Positions 8,700 through 17,787 of a DNA stretch of 64,000 nt are shown here, in pieces. A program made the translations under genes and the position numbers. Every line of letters begins with the position of its first letter. Positions within the stretch are counted from its first letter, which is position 1. Source of the stretch: an uncultured Actinomycetes bacterium (GTDB lineage: Bacteria > Actinomycetota > UBA4738 > HRBIN12); NCBI GenBank assembly GCA_963728665.1, contig CAVSLG010000006.1:36072-100071 (forward strand), read 5' to 3'. The notes beneath the pieces were generated by a model, which worked only from the letters and a program-made list of their open reading frames with translations, ran no database searches and was not told where the DNA came from.

Positions 8700-9056
8700 C
8701 TAGGAACTCCGTTTCCGCAGGTCAGGGATGCCAGCGAGTGTACCGAAGGGGTGGGAAGGCACTCGGTCCCGATCCTCGCGCCGACGACACCGCGGTAGAC
8801 AGGGGTACTAATGACCATGGCAGACTGGCGCTCCCGTCGGGTGTGCCGCACGACAGAGTCGTGGGTCTGGTAGAAGGGATTGCGTGGACTTCCCTGACGC
8901 ACGGGGCCGGTCCACTCTCCGCGCCGATCGTTCCTCGCTCCCGATAGGTGATGTCCCACGTGTGGAAGAACCTCGATCGATGTCGGGTTGCGGTGGGAAC
9001 ATCGTCGGACGCCGACGCCCCAACCCCACGACATTCGCGACATTCGTTGGAGAGAC

Positions 9057-10670
9057 ATGAGCAGCGCGCAAACAGGAACCGACATCGCGCCGCAGCAGGC
9101 GACGCGCCGGGACTGGATCGGTCTCGGCGTGCTCGCGCTCGCGTGCCTGCTCTACGCGATGGACCTCACCGTGCTGCACCTCGCCGTGCCGTCCCTCAGC
9201 GCCGACCTCGAGCCGAGCGGCTCGGAGCTGTTGTGGATCGTCGACATCTACGGGTTCATGGTCGCCGGGTTCCTGATCACGATGGGCACGCTGGGCGACC
9301 GCATCGGGCGGCGACGGCTCCTGATGATCGGCGCGGCGGCGTTCGCGGCCGTCTCGGTGCTCGCGGCGTTCTCCACGAGCCCCGAGATGCTGATCGCGGC
9401 GAGGGCGCTGCAGGGCGTCGCGGGCGCCACGTTCGCGCCGGCGACGCTCTCGCTGATCTTCAACATGTTCCACGACCCCCGTCAGCGCACGATCGCGGTC
9501 GGCGTGTGGATCGCCGGGTTCTCGGCCGGCAGCGCCGTGGGTCCCGTGGCGGGCGGGCTGCTGCTCGAGCATTTCTGGTGGGGCTCCGTCTTCCTGTTGG
9601 CGGTGCCGGTGATGGCGCTGCTGCTCGTGCTCGGACCGAGGCTGCTGCCCGAGTTCCGTGACCCGAACGCCGGGCGGCTCGACCTGACGAGCGCCGCGAT
9701 CTCGCTCGTCGCGATCCTGTCCGTGATCTTCGGGCTGAAGCAGATCGCCCAGGAAGGCATCGACCTCCTGCCGATCGTGACGATCGTCATGGGTGCCGCC
9801 CTCGGCGTCGTGTTCGTGCGGCGACAGCGATCACTCGACGACCCGATGATCGACCTCGGGCTGTTCCGGAACCGGGCGTTCAACGCGGCGCTCACGACGA
9901 ACGTGCTCGGCATCTTCATCGCGTTCGGGTACTTCCTGTTCGTCGCGCAGTACCTGCAGCTCGTGCTCGGGCTCTCGCCGCTCGAGGCGGGCCTGTGGTC
10001 GTTGCCCTCGGCCGTGGGGTTCATCGTGGGCTCGCAGGTCGGGCCCGTGCTGCTGCACCGCTACCGCCCGGCCTACGTGATCGCGACCGGGCTGGCGATG
10101 GCGGCCGTCGCGCTTGCCATGCTGACCCAGCTCGACGGGTCGGCCGAGCTGCGCACGCTGGTCGGGGCGTCGGTGATCATCTCGCTCGGACTGGCGCCGG
10201 TGTTCACGGCGACCACCGATCTGATCGTGGGGTCGGCGCCGCCGGAGGAGGCGGGCGCGGCGTCGGGCATCTCCGAGACGGGCGCGGAGCTCGGTGGGGC
10301 GCTCGGCATCGCGATCCTCGGCAGCATCGGCACGGCCGTGTATCGCGCACAGTTCGTCGATCTCGTGCCCGCCGGCGTGCCGGCCGGGGCGACCGAGGCG
10401 GCCCGCGACACGCTCGGTGCCGCCGGCGCCGAGGCCGAGCGACTGCCGGCCGATCTCGGCACGCAGCTGCTCGACGCCGCCCGAGAGGCGTTCGTGCGCG
10501 GCATGCGCGCGAGCACGATCGTGGCCATGGTGGTGGCGATCGCGGTCGCCGTCGTGGCGCTGACGATGCTGCGCGACGTGCGGTCGGGCGCTGAGGCGGA
10601 GGCGGCGGCCGATGAGCAGTTCCCGGGTCGCGAAGCGCTCAGGAGTCCGGACGCATCGGAACTCGCCTGA
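9057..10670 (+). CDS. MFS transporter, DHA2 (EmrB/QacA-like, 14-TMS) type
   Basis: Internal ATG at 9057 with GGAGAG upstream. Motifs LYAMDLTVLHLAVPSL and LGDRIGRRRLLMIG. Many TM helices over 537 aa. Confidence 0.9.
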   Translation: MSSAQTGTDIAPQQATRRDWIGLGVLALACLLYAMDLTVLHLAVPSLSADLEPSGSELLWIVDIYGFMVAGFLITMGTLGDRIGRRRLLMIGAAAFAAVSVLAAFSTSPEMLIAARALQGVAGATFAPATLSLIFNMFHDPRQRTIAVGVWIAGFSAGSAVGPVAGGLLLEHFWWGSVFLLAVPVMALLLVLGPRLLPEFRDPNAGRLDLTSAAISLVAILSVIFGLKQIAQEGIDLLPIVTIVMGAALGVVFVRRQRSLDDPMIDLGLFRNRAFNAALTTNVLGIFIAFGYFLFVAQYLQLVLGLSPLEAGLWSLPSAVGFIVGSQVGPVLLHRYRPAYVIATGLAMAAVALAMLTQLDGSAELRTLVGASVIISLGLAPVFTATTDLIVGSAPPEEAGAASGISETGAELGGALGIAILGSIGTAVYRAQFVDLVPAGVPAGATEAARDTLGAAGAEAERLPADLGTQLLDAAREAFVRGMRASTIVAMVVAIAVAVVALTMLRDVRSGAEAEAAADEQFPGREALRSPDASELA

Positions 10671-10711
10671 GGGCGGGGTCGAGTTCCCCGACCTCGTCGT
10701 AGCGTTTCCCG

Positions 10712-11300
10712 ATGCGCGCCGGCATGTTCACCGAGATCGACGGGTCCGCACGCATGGTCGTGCTCGTCGAGGGCGTGAGCGACCAGCGTGCCCTCGAGAC
10801 CCTCGCCGCGAGGCGCGGGCACGACCTGGCCTCGGCGGGCGTCGCGATCGTCGCGATGGGCGGCTCGAAGAACGTCCGGTACGCGGTCGACTGGTTCGGC
10901 CCCGCCGGGCTCAACCTGAGGCTGGCGGGGCTCGTCGACGCGCCGGAGGAAGGCGACTATCGGCGCGCGCTCGAGCGAGCCGGGCTGCGGCTCGGTCCGA
11001 CGCGAGCCGATCTCGAGCGCCTCGGCTTCTTCGTCTGTGAGTCCGACCTCGAGGACGAGCTGATCCGAGCCCTCGGCCCGGCACGGGTCGAGGCGATCCT
11101 TGAGGCGCGCGGCGATCTCTCGACGTTCCGCACGTTCCAGCGCCAGCCTGCGCAGCGCGGCCGTGCGATCGGGGCGCAGCTGCGACGGTTCATGGGCACG
11201 AAGGGCGGACGCAAGGAGGCGTACGCCGCCCACCTCGTCGAGGCGCTCGACCTCACCGAGATGCCGCGGACCCTCGACCTGCTACTCCGCCACGTGACCA
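10712..11300 (+). repeat. Dispersed direct repeat, copy A (TOPRIM gene segment)
   Basis: Aligned by eye to 25739-26327. Roughly 85-90% nt identity over about 590 nt in the same orientation. Confidence 0.8.
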
Positions 11301-11314
11301 CCGGCGACGCCTGA
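10712..11314 (+). CDS. Standalone OLD-type TOPRIM domain protein (copy A)
   Basis: 200 aa. VVLVEGVSDQRALE carries the Toprim Glu and FFVCESDLEDELIRAL is the acidic DxD-like motif. About 87% aa identity to the ORF starting at 25739. Confidence 0.8.
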   Translation: MRAGMFTEIDGSARMVVLVEGVSDQRALETLAARRGHDLASAGVAIVAMGGSKNVRYAVDWFGPAGLNLRLAGLVDAPEEGDYRRALERAGLRLGPTRADLERLGFFVCESDLEDELIRALGPARVEAILEARGDLSTFRTFQRQPAQRGRAIGAQLRRFMGTKGGRKEAYAAHLVEALDLTEMPRTLDLLLRHVTTGDA

Positions 11315-11358
11315 TCCGTCGATGGAGAGCCACGTCGGCGAGCTAGGGTCAACGGGAC

Positions 11359-11841
11359 ATGCCCACGAGCCCGAACGATGACGGCGCGGTCGAGCGCCTG
11401 CGTGTCCTGCGATCGGTGATCGACGCGAACCGCTTCATGACCCTCGCCACTGCCAACGAACAGGGAACCCCCTGGGCGAGCCCCGTGTGGTTCGCGAGAC
11501 GGGACGAGCGACGCTTCCTCTGGGTCTCGAGACCGACGACCCGACACTCACGGAACATCGCCGCACGGCCCGACGTCGCGATCGTGATCTACGACTCGCG
11601 AACGACCCCCGACGAGCGCCAGGCCGTGTACATCGTGGCCACCGCGACACAGCTCGAGGGCGAGGATCTCGACGCGGGCATCTCGGCGTTCTCGCGCGAG
11701 TCGCTATCGCAGGCCCTGTCCGAGTGGCCGCTGGAGCGCGTCACCGGGCCCGCCGGCTTCCGCCTCTATCAGGCGACCGCGACCGCGTGGTTCATCCTCG
11801 CCGACGGCCCCGACGAGCGCCTTCTGGTCCCGCTTCCGTAG
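11359..11841 (+). CDS. Pyridoxamine 5'-phosphate oxidase (PPOX) family protein
   Basis: 160 aa. RFMTLATANEQGTPWASPVWFA...LWVSRPTTRHSRNI fits the PNPOx-like split-barrel family. Confidence 0.8.
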   Translation: MPTSPNDDGAVERLRVLRSVIDANRFMTLATANEQGTPWASPVWFARRDERRFLWVSRPTTRHSRNIAARPDVAIVIYDSRTTPDERQAVYIVATATQLEGEDLDAGISAFSRESLSQALSEWPLERVTGPAGFRLYQATATAWFILADGPDERLLVPLP

Positions 11842-11948
11842 CCAGCGGCAGTCGTGGACGGTGGCCCTCGACCCCGGGGGAAGGATGCGCCCGGTTTCTC
11901 TCGACTGCTCCAGGGTATGAGCGCCATATCCGAGTGAACGGAGCGACG

Positions 11949-12533
11949 ATGCCTGAACTCCTCGTGGACTTCATCACTTCGCTCGATGGCTACGGAGCCG
12001 CGGAGGGTTGGCCGGGCTTCTGGGGGCTGGAGGGTCCGGAGTACCTGGCGTGGCTGGACGAGCAGCCGGAAGCCGACTACACGGTGCTGATGGGCGCGAA
12101 CACCTATCGCCTCATGTCCGGGTTGGCGGACGAGGGCGAACCGGGCACGGACGCGCTCGCGGGCATGTCGAAGATCGTGTTCTCGAAGACGTTGAACGAG
12201 CCCCTGGACTGGCCGAACACGAGACTCGTCGCCGGCGACGCCGTCGAGACGGTGCGCGAGTTGAAGGAGACGGAGGACGCCGGCTCGATGCGCACCATGG
12301 GAAGCCTCAGCGTGTGTCGTTCCCTGCTCGAAGCCGGTCTCGTTGATCGCTACCGCGTGGTCGTGTTCCCGGTCATCACGGGGAGCACCGGCAGCGACCG
12401 GATCTACGACGGGTACCCCGATGTCGCCCTCGACATGATCACCAGCCGCACCTTCGATGGCCGCCTCCAGTTGCTTGAGTACGCTCCCAGGGTGCTCACC
12501 GGTCCGCCCGGCACCGACGCGACCGACACGTAG
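11949..12533 (+). CDS. Dihydrofolate reductase family protein (RibD C-terminal domain), paralog 1
   Basis: ATG at 11949 with GGAG upstream. Motifs LLVDFITSLDGY, VLMGANTY and LVDRYRVVVFPVITGSTG. Confidence 0.85.
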   Translation: MPELLVDFITSLDGYGAAEGWPGFWGLEGPEYLAWLDEQPEADYTVLMGANTYRLMSGLADEGEPGTDALAGMSKIVFSKTLNEPLDWPNTRLVAGDAVETVRELKETEDAGSMRTMGSLSVCRSLLEAGLVDRYRVVVFPVITGSTGSDRIYDGYPDVALDMITSRTFDGRLQLLEYAPRVLTGPPGTDATDT

Positions 12534-12568
12534 ACGGCGCGTGGTGCCGCCGTGAGGAGGGAGGCACC

Positions 12569-13150
12569 ATGGGACGACTCATCTTCCAGACGAGCATGAC
12601 GCTGGACGGCTTCATGACCGGTGCGAACCAGACGGCGGAGGAACCGCTCGGCACCGAGGGCGAGCACTTGCACGACTGGGGCTTCAGCTCGGACCCCCAG
12701 GATCGCGCATATGCCGAGTCCGTGCTCAGCAACGGCGGCGCCGTGATCGCGGGGCGCGTGACCTACGATCACTCCTTGCCGTTCTGGGGCGCCGACGGGC
12801 CGAGCGGCGCCACGCGCCTCCCCGTGTTCGTCGTGACGCACCGGGCGCCGGCGGACTCACCGGAGAACGGGGTCTACACCTTCGTGACCGACGGCATCGA
12901 GTCGGCGCTGCAGCAGGCACGGAACGCCGCGGGCGACGACGACGTCGTGATCGTGGGCGGCGCCAAGATCGGACGGGCGTACATCGCGGCCGGTCTCGTC
13001 GACGAACTGCAGATCCATGTGGTGCCCGTGCTGTTCGGCAGCGGCACGCGCATGTTCGAGGACATGGACATCGACCACCGATGGCTCGAGCCGATCCGTG
13101 TCGTCGATCGTCCGCTCGCCACGCACATCCACTACCGCGTCGTCGGCTGA
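12569..13150 (+). CDS. Dihydrofolate reductase family protein (RibD_C), paralog 2
   Basis: 193 aa. Motifs IFQTSMTLDGF, VIVGGAKIGRAYIAAGLVDELQIHVVPVLFGSG. Strong SD GAGGAGGGAGG. Confidence 0.85.
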   Translation: MGRLIFQTSMTLDGFMTGANQTAEEPLGTEGEHLHDWGFSSDPQDRAYAESVLSNGGAVIAGRVTYDHSLPFWGADGPSGATRLPVFVVTHRAPADSPENGVYTFVTDGIESALQQARNAAGDDDVVIVGGAKIGRAYIAAGLVDELQIHVVPVLFGSGTRMFEDMDIDHRWLEPIRVVDRPLATHIHYRVVG

Positions 13151-14065
13151 CGGACCGCCTGAGCGTTCCTGACATCCTCCCGAACGAGGTCGGCGTTGAT
13201 CGCGATCGCGGCGGCCGAGCCTGCACCCGCGGACGTGATCACCTGGGCGCGCGGGTCGACCACGTTCCCGGCGGCCCACACGCCGGGCACGCTCGTCAGA
13301 TCCCGTCGCGTCGACCTTCGGGAAGCCGGCCTCGTCGAGCTCGCATCCCAGCCCGGCCAACAGGCCATCGGCGTGCGGCACGTTCCCGGGTCGCACGAAC
13401 ACCGCGGTGCGAGCGACGACCTGGCCGTCCGCCATCTCGACGCCGGCCAGCCGGTCACCCTCGATGACCAGCCGAGCGACCGTGCCGTCGACGACCTCGA
13501 TGCCGCGGGCCGCCAACCCGTCGCGCTCCGTCGCTGTCGAGCCCGTACGTGTGCGCGAAGAAGACCACGTCGTCGGACCACTGCCGCACCAGGTGGGCGT
13601 GGTCCACCGAGCCCGGCAGCGTGCCCAGCACCCCGAGCGCCTGGTCGCGCACTTCCCACCCGTGGCAGTACGGGCAATGCAACAGGTCGCGGCCCCACCG
13701 CTCCCGAACACCGGGGATGTCGGGCAGCTCGTCGCTGACGCCCGAGGCGACCAGCACCCGCCGCGCCTCGACCGCGCGACCGATGAGGCCAGGCGGGCGG
13801 TGAAGCCGGGCTCGATGCCGAGCACCCGGTCCTCGATCACGTCGACGCCGTAGCCGGTCACCTCCCGGCGGCCCTCGGCCAACAACTCCGACGGCGGCAT
13901 GCCGTCGCGCGACAGGAACCCCTGCATGTGGGCCGCCGGCGCGTTGCGGGGCTCGCCCGCATCGATCACGGCGACCGCCCTCCTCGCCCGGCCGAGCACG
14001 AGCGCCGCGCTCAGCCCCGCGGCTCCTCCGCCGACCACCACCACGTCGTATCGGTGCGCTTCCAC
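13132..14065 (-). pseudogene. Thioredoxin-reductase-like FAD/NAD(P) pyridine nucleotide-disulfide oxidoreductase, three frameshifts
   Basis: Homologous segments sit in three frames. The order is YDVVVVGGGAAGLSAALVLGRA... then RAVEARRVLVASGVSDELPDIPGVRERWGRDLLHCPYCHGWEV. Next comes ERDGLAARGIEVVDGTVARLVIEG...VFVRPGN, and last SVPGVWAAGNVVDPRAQVITSAGAGSAAAIAIN. Shifts lie near 13780-13790, 13530-13550 and 13295-13310. The likely start is GTG 14065, after GGAGG. Confidence 0.8.
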
Positions 14066-14105
14066 GATGACCACCTCCGTGGGCAGTATCCGCCGCGGAT
14101 ACGAT

Positions 14106-14127
14106 TTTGGCAAATGAGGTTGCCAAA
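14106..14127. promoter_or_regulatory. Perfect inverted repeat TTTGGCAA-ATGAGG-TTGCCAAA (candidate operator of the XRE-cupin regulator)
   Basis: Read directly. The 8-6-8 perfect palindrome lies in the divergent region between the oxidoreductase pseudogene and the XRE-cupin gene. Confidence 0.5.
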
Positions 14128-14136
14128 CTTGGGACG

Positions 14137-14769
14137 ATGTGTTTCGATGCGCCCATGGACGTCGCGCCCGACATCACGACCGTGCTGGAGGACATCGGTC
14201 CCCGGCTGAAGCGGATCCGCACGCAGCGGGGCGCCACCCTGGCGCAGCTCTCGGCCGCGACCGGCATCTCCAAGAGCACGCTGTCGAGGCTCGAAGCGGG
14301 TCAGCGCAAGCCCAGCCTCGAACTGCTGCTGCCGATCGCGCAGGCTCACCAGGTGCCGCTCGACGAGCTCGTGGGCTCCCCCGCGATCGGCGACCCGCGC
14401 ATCCCGCTCGACGAGCCCCAGGTCCGCAGCAACGGGCGCGTCGTCTACCCGCTGAGTCGCCAACCACGAGACCTGCACGCATGGAAGGTGGTGATACCGC
14501 CCGAGTCCGGTCCGCCGCAGATGCGGACGCACGACGGCTACGAGTGGTTCTACGTGCTCAAAGGACGCCTGCGGCTGGTCCTCGCCAACCACGACTTCGT
14601 CATGGGGCCGGGCGAGGTCGCGGAGTTCGAGACACGCTTCCCCCACTGGTTCGGGCCGGCCAACGATCGGCCGGTCGAGATCCTCAGCCTGCTCAGCCAG
14701 CACGGCGAGCGCACGCACGGCGACACGCACGACCACGACCGTCCGTCAACTGGAAGGGAGTCCAGGTGA
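14137..14769 (+). CDS. XRE-family HTH transcriptional regulator with C-terminal cupin domain
   Basis: IGPRLKRIRTQRGATLAQLSAATGISKSTLSRLEAGQRKPSLELL is the XRE HTH. THDGYEWFYVLKGRLRLVL...GEVAEFETRFPHWF is the cupin. The start is uncertain (TTG 14107, ATG 14137 or ATG 14155). Confidence 0.85.
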   Translation: MCFDAPMDVAPDITTVLEDIGPRLKRIRTQRGATLAQLSAATGISKSTLSRLEAGQRKPSLELLLPIAQAHQVPLDELVGSPAIGDPRIPLDEPQVRSNGRVVYPLSRQPRDLHAWKVVIPPESGPPQMRTHDGYEWFYVLKGRLRLVLANHDFVMGPGEVAEFETRFPHWFGPANDRPVEILSLLSQHGERTHGDTHDHDRPSTGRESR

Positions 14770-15470
14770 ACGCAGAGAGGAAGACCGCAACGCTGTTCGG
14801 GTGGCTGTTCATCGCCACCTTCGTCCTGTCGATCCCGGCGTACTTCATCTTCTACGCGCCGGTCAGCGACGAGCCCGGCTTCATCACGGGCGCCGGCGCC
14901 GACGAGTCGTTCATCGTCGGGCTCGGGGCGCTCTCCGAGACGCTGCTGATCATCGCGAACGTCGGCACCGCCACGGTGCTCTACCGCATCATCAGGCGCC
15001 AGAGCGAGGCGGGAGCCCTGAGCTACGTCGCCGCCCGCATCATGGAGAGCGTCTTCATCGGCATCGGCGTCATCGCGATGCTGACGCTGCTCTTCCTGCG
15101 GGAAGAGTCGCCCGCCATCGGCGACGCGGCGTTCGGTCAATTGCTGCTCGGGGTCTACGACCGGGCGTTCCTGCTCGGGCCGGGCTTCTTCGCCGGGCTC
15201 GCGAACGGCGTGATCCTGGGCTGGCTGATGTACCGCTCGGGTCTGGTGCCACGCGGCATGGCGATGCTCGGGCTCGTCGGGGGTCCGCTGCTCTTGCTGT
15301 CGGCGGCGGCCATCATGCTCGGGCTCACCGAGCGCGGCGGCACGCTGCAGGGCATCGCGACGATCCCGGAGTTCTTCTGGGAGCTGTCGCTCGGCATCTA
15401 CTGCGTGGTCAAGGGGTTCAAGCCCTCGCCGATCACCGCGGGCATGGAGCCGTCGACGGTTACGGTCTGA
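14766..15470 (+). CDS. DUF4386-like integral membrane protein
   Basis: GTG at 14766 overlaps the regulator stop (GTGA). 234 aa with about 6 hydrophobic helices. The family call is from memory of the DUF4386 pattern. Confidence 0.7.
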   Translation: MNAERKTATLFGWLFIATFVLSIPAYFIFYAPVSDEPGFITGAGADESFIVGLGALSETLLIIANVGTATVLYRIIRRQSEAGALSYVAARIMESVFIGIGVIAMLTLLFLREESPAIGDAAFGQLLLGVYDRAFLLGPGFFAGLANGVILGWLMYRSGLVPRGMAMLGLVGGPLLLLSAAAIMLGLTERGGTLQGIATIPEFFWELSLGIYCVVKGFKPSPITAGMEPSTVTV

Positions 15471-15584
15471 GCAGCTCGTTCATCGCATCGCGTGGAGCCC
15501 CCGGCCTCGGCCGGGGCTTCCGCGTTCGCGTACCGTTGGGCGCACCGCGTGCACACCGCACGTTCCGACCGCTCGGGAGGCACC

Positions 15585-16242
15585 ATGGCCCTGGTCCGTG
15601 TCCACAACTTCGCGATCTCCCTGGACGGGTTCGGCACCGGCGACGGCATCACGTTCGATGCCCCGTTCGGTCACGCCGGAGAACGCCTGCACGAGTGGAT
15701 GTTCGCCACCCGGTTCTGGCACTCGATGGTCGGCGAGACCGGTGGCACCGAAGGTGTCGACCAATCCTTCGCCGAACGCCATTCCCTGGGTGTCGGCGCC
15801 GAGATCATGGGCCGGGGCAAGTTCACCGCGCAGACCGGCCCGTGGACCGATGTCGGCACCGACGACGAGTGGCGTGGTTGGTGGGGGGGCGGATCCGCCG
15901 TTCCACACGCCGGTGTTCGTGCTCACGCACCACCCGCGCCCGTCTATCGAGATGGAAGGCGGCACAGTGTTCCACTTCGTGGAAGTCAGCCCGCAGGACG
16001 CGCTCGACCTCGCCCGGAAGGCGGCTGGAGACCTCGACGTGCGCATCGGCGGTGGCCCAACCGTCGTCCGCGACTTCCTCGCCGCCGACCTCATCGACAC
16101 GCTCCACGTCGTGCAGGTGCCCATCCTGCTCGGCCGTGGCGTGCGGCTCTGGGACGGCGTCGAGGGGGTCGAGGAGCGCTGCGACATCGAGGCGGTCTCG
16201 TCACCGAGCGGCGTCACCCATCTGACCTTCACGCGTCGATAA
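15585..16242 (+). pseudogene. Dihydrofolate reductase family (RibD_C), paralog 3, frameshifted in a G7 run
   Basis: ATG 15585 follows GGGAGG. MALVRVHNFAISLDGFGTG...EWRGWWGG reads in frame 0. The continuation DPPFHTPVFVLTHHPRPS...GGGPTVVRDFLAADLIDTLHVVQVPILLGRG reads in frame +1. The shift is at the run GGGGGGG 15883-15889. Confidence 0.8.
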
Positions 16243-16341
16243 CCGAGCCAGCGGCCGTCTTCACCCGCGCCGTCTGTTCGGCCCTCGCTCCCTCGTAGAA
16301 CGTGGGGATCGAAGCGGCGCGGACCGGTTGATCGGGGCTGG

Positions 16342-16950
16342 TCACGGGAGGTCGATACGCATGACCGCCCGCCGGATGGTGGGTCGGCCGACCTCGGTGA
16401 AACCGGCGGCTTCGAACGAGCCGACCGTGCCGACGTGGAGCTCGCTCAGGATCACGTCCTTCGTGATGATCGGGTAGCCCTCGAGGGCACGGGCGCCTCG
16501 CTCCCGAGCGAAGTCGACGGCCGCGCGAGCGAGGGCGTGGCTGATGCCCCGCTTCCGGAAGCCCTTGCGCGTCACGAAGCAGGTCACGGCCCACACGCTC
16601 TCGTCGTCCTTGTTCTCCGTGCGGCCTTCCCAGGGCACGCGGACGTTCCGCAGCAAGCGCGCGTAGGCCGGACGCGGATCGACCGCACACCAGCCGACGG
16701 GCTCACCGCCGAGGTAGGCGACGAGGCCGCTCGTCGTGGACGATCCCGGGTGTCCGCACTCGGTCTGTTCGCGGAACCGGGCGGCGAGTTCCTGCGCACC
16801 GACCGAGGCCCACGACTCCCGTGGGGCCATCTTGTATCGCTGGCAGAAGCACCTCGACGGGTCGCCGCGCGTGCCGAAGATCGCCTGGAGGTCCCACCAG
16901 CTCGCCTCATTGGCGGGCACGATCGTGAGGTCGGGCGGCGTTCTCGTCAT
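16342..16950 (-). CDS. GNAT family N-acetyltransferase
   Basis: 202 aa. VTRKGFRKRGISHALARAAVDFARERGARALEGYP is an acetyl-CoA-binding motif A-like segment. Confidence 0.8.
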   Translation of the reverse strand: MTRTPPDLTIVPANEASWWDLQAIFGTRGDPSRCFCQRYKMAPRESWASVGAQELAARFREQTECGHPGSSTTSGLVAYLGGEPVGWCAVDPRPAYARLLRNVRVPWEGRTENKDDESVWAVTCFVTRKGFRKRGISHALARAAVDFARERGARALEGYPIITKDVILSELHVGTVGSFEAAGFTEVGRPTIRRAVMRIDLP

Positions 16951-16983
16951 GAGATGACGGTAGCGCTGAGCACCCGTCGACGC

Positions 16984-17787
16984 TCAGGAGACCGACCGGA
17001 TCAGGTCAGCGACTTCCGCCGGTGCGCTCATCTGAATCGCATGTTCCCCCTCGAGCTCGACCTGCTCGGCACTCGACGACAACGCGAGCCAGTACGCCTG
17101 GTCCTTGACGTCAGATTGACCGAACGTCGCGGTCACGATGACGACGGGCAGATCACCGAGATCGGGCGGATCCACCGCCAGTCGGTGCTCGAGCTCGACC
17201 CAATCCATGTTCTCGGTGTTGGTCTCGGGAGAGACACCTTGCAGGGTCGGATCGAGATCTCGCTGGGGTCCAGGCACGTCGAGGAGCACGAGACCGGCCA
17301 TCTCGTCTCGGTAGCGACGCGCGAACTCGATCGACAGGATCCCTCCTCCCGAGTTCCCAGCGAGCACGTAGGGTCCTGGCACGTCGGCAGCCGCCAGCAC
17401 GCGACGGAGCAGTCGGTTCACGTCGTCCACGGTCCGCTCGTCCTCGGCAGGACGACCGCTCATCCCGGTTCCCGGTCGGTCGTAGGTGCACGTTCGGTTC
17501 GTGGAAGCCAGATCGTCGATCAGCTCGGCCGGGAAGTCGGTGCTCCCCTGGCTGTCGCTGCCGGCCTCCAAGACGACCGTCGGCTCGCCCACGCCTTGGC
17601 ACTGCACCCAGACCCGGGTTCCGTCCACTTGGATAACGGATGGTTCCGTGGTGGGCGTCGGCGTGGACGCCGCATCGCCGGTCGCCGGGGCCCCCTCGCC
17701 CGCATCCTCGCCGCTGGAACAGCCGGTCAAGGCGACGGCGATCACCAGGCTCACCCCGAAGAAGCCCTGCATCACCATTCGATTCAT
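16984..17787 (-). CDS. Alpha/beta hydrolase, lipoprotein
   Basis: Internal Met at 17787 gives MNRMVMQGFFGVSLVIAVALTGC with a lipobox. GNSGGG is the nucleophile elbow. ATGA overlap with the upstream gene stop. Confidence 0.85.
   Translation of the reverse strand: MNRMVMQGFFGVSLVIAVALTGCSSGEDAGEGAPATGDAASTPTPTTEPSVIQVDGTRVWVQCQGVGEPTVVLEAGSDSQGSTDFPAELIDDLASTNRTCTYDRPGTGMSGRPAEDERTVDDVNRLLRRVLAAADVPGPYVLAGNSGGGILSIEFARRYRDEMAGLVLLDVPGPQRDLDPTLQGVSPETNTENMDWVELEHRLAVDPPDLGDLPVVIVTATFGQSDVKDQAYWLALSSSAEQVELEGEHAIQMSAPAEVADLIRSVS

Noticed and set aside
8700-9056. Guanidine (ykkC-type) or other riboswitch upstream of the MFS transporter
   Set aside because: I looked for the conserved ykkC elements (GGGA/ACGR and GGUCCGAGAG-like segments) and found no convincing match. 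Only weak local hairpins are present. An Infernal scan is needed to settle it.
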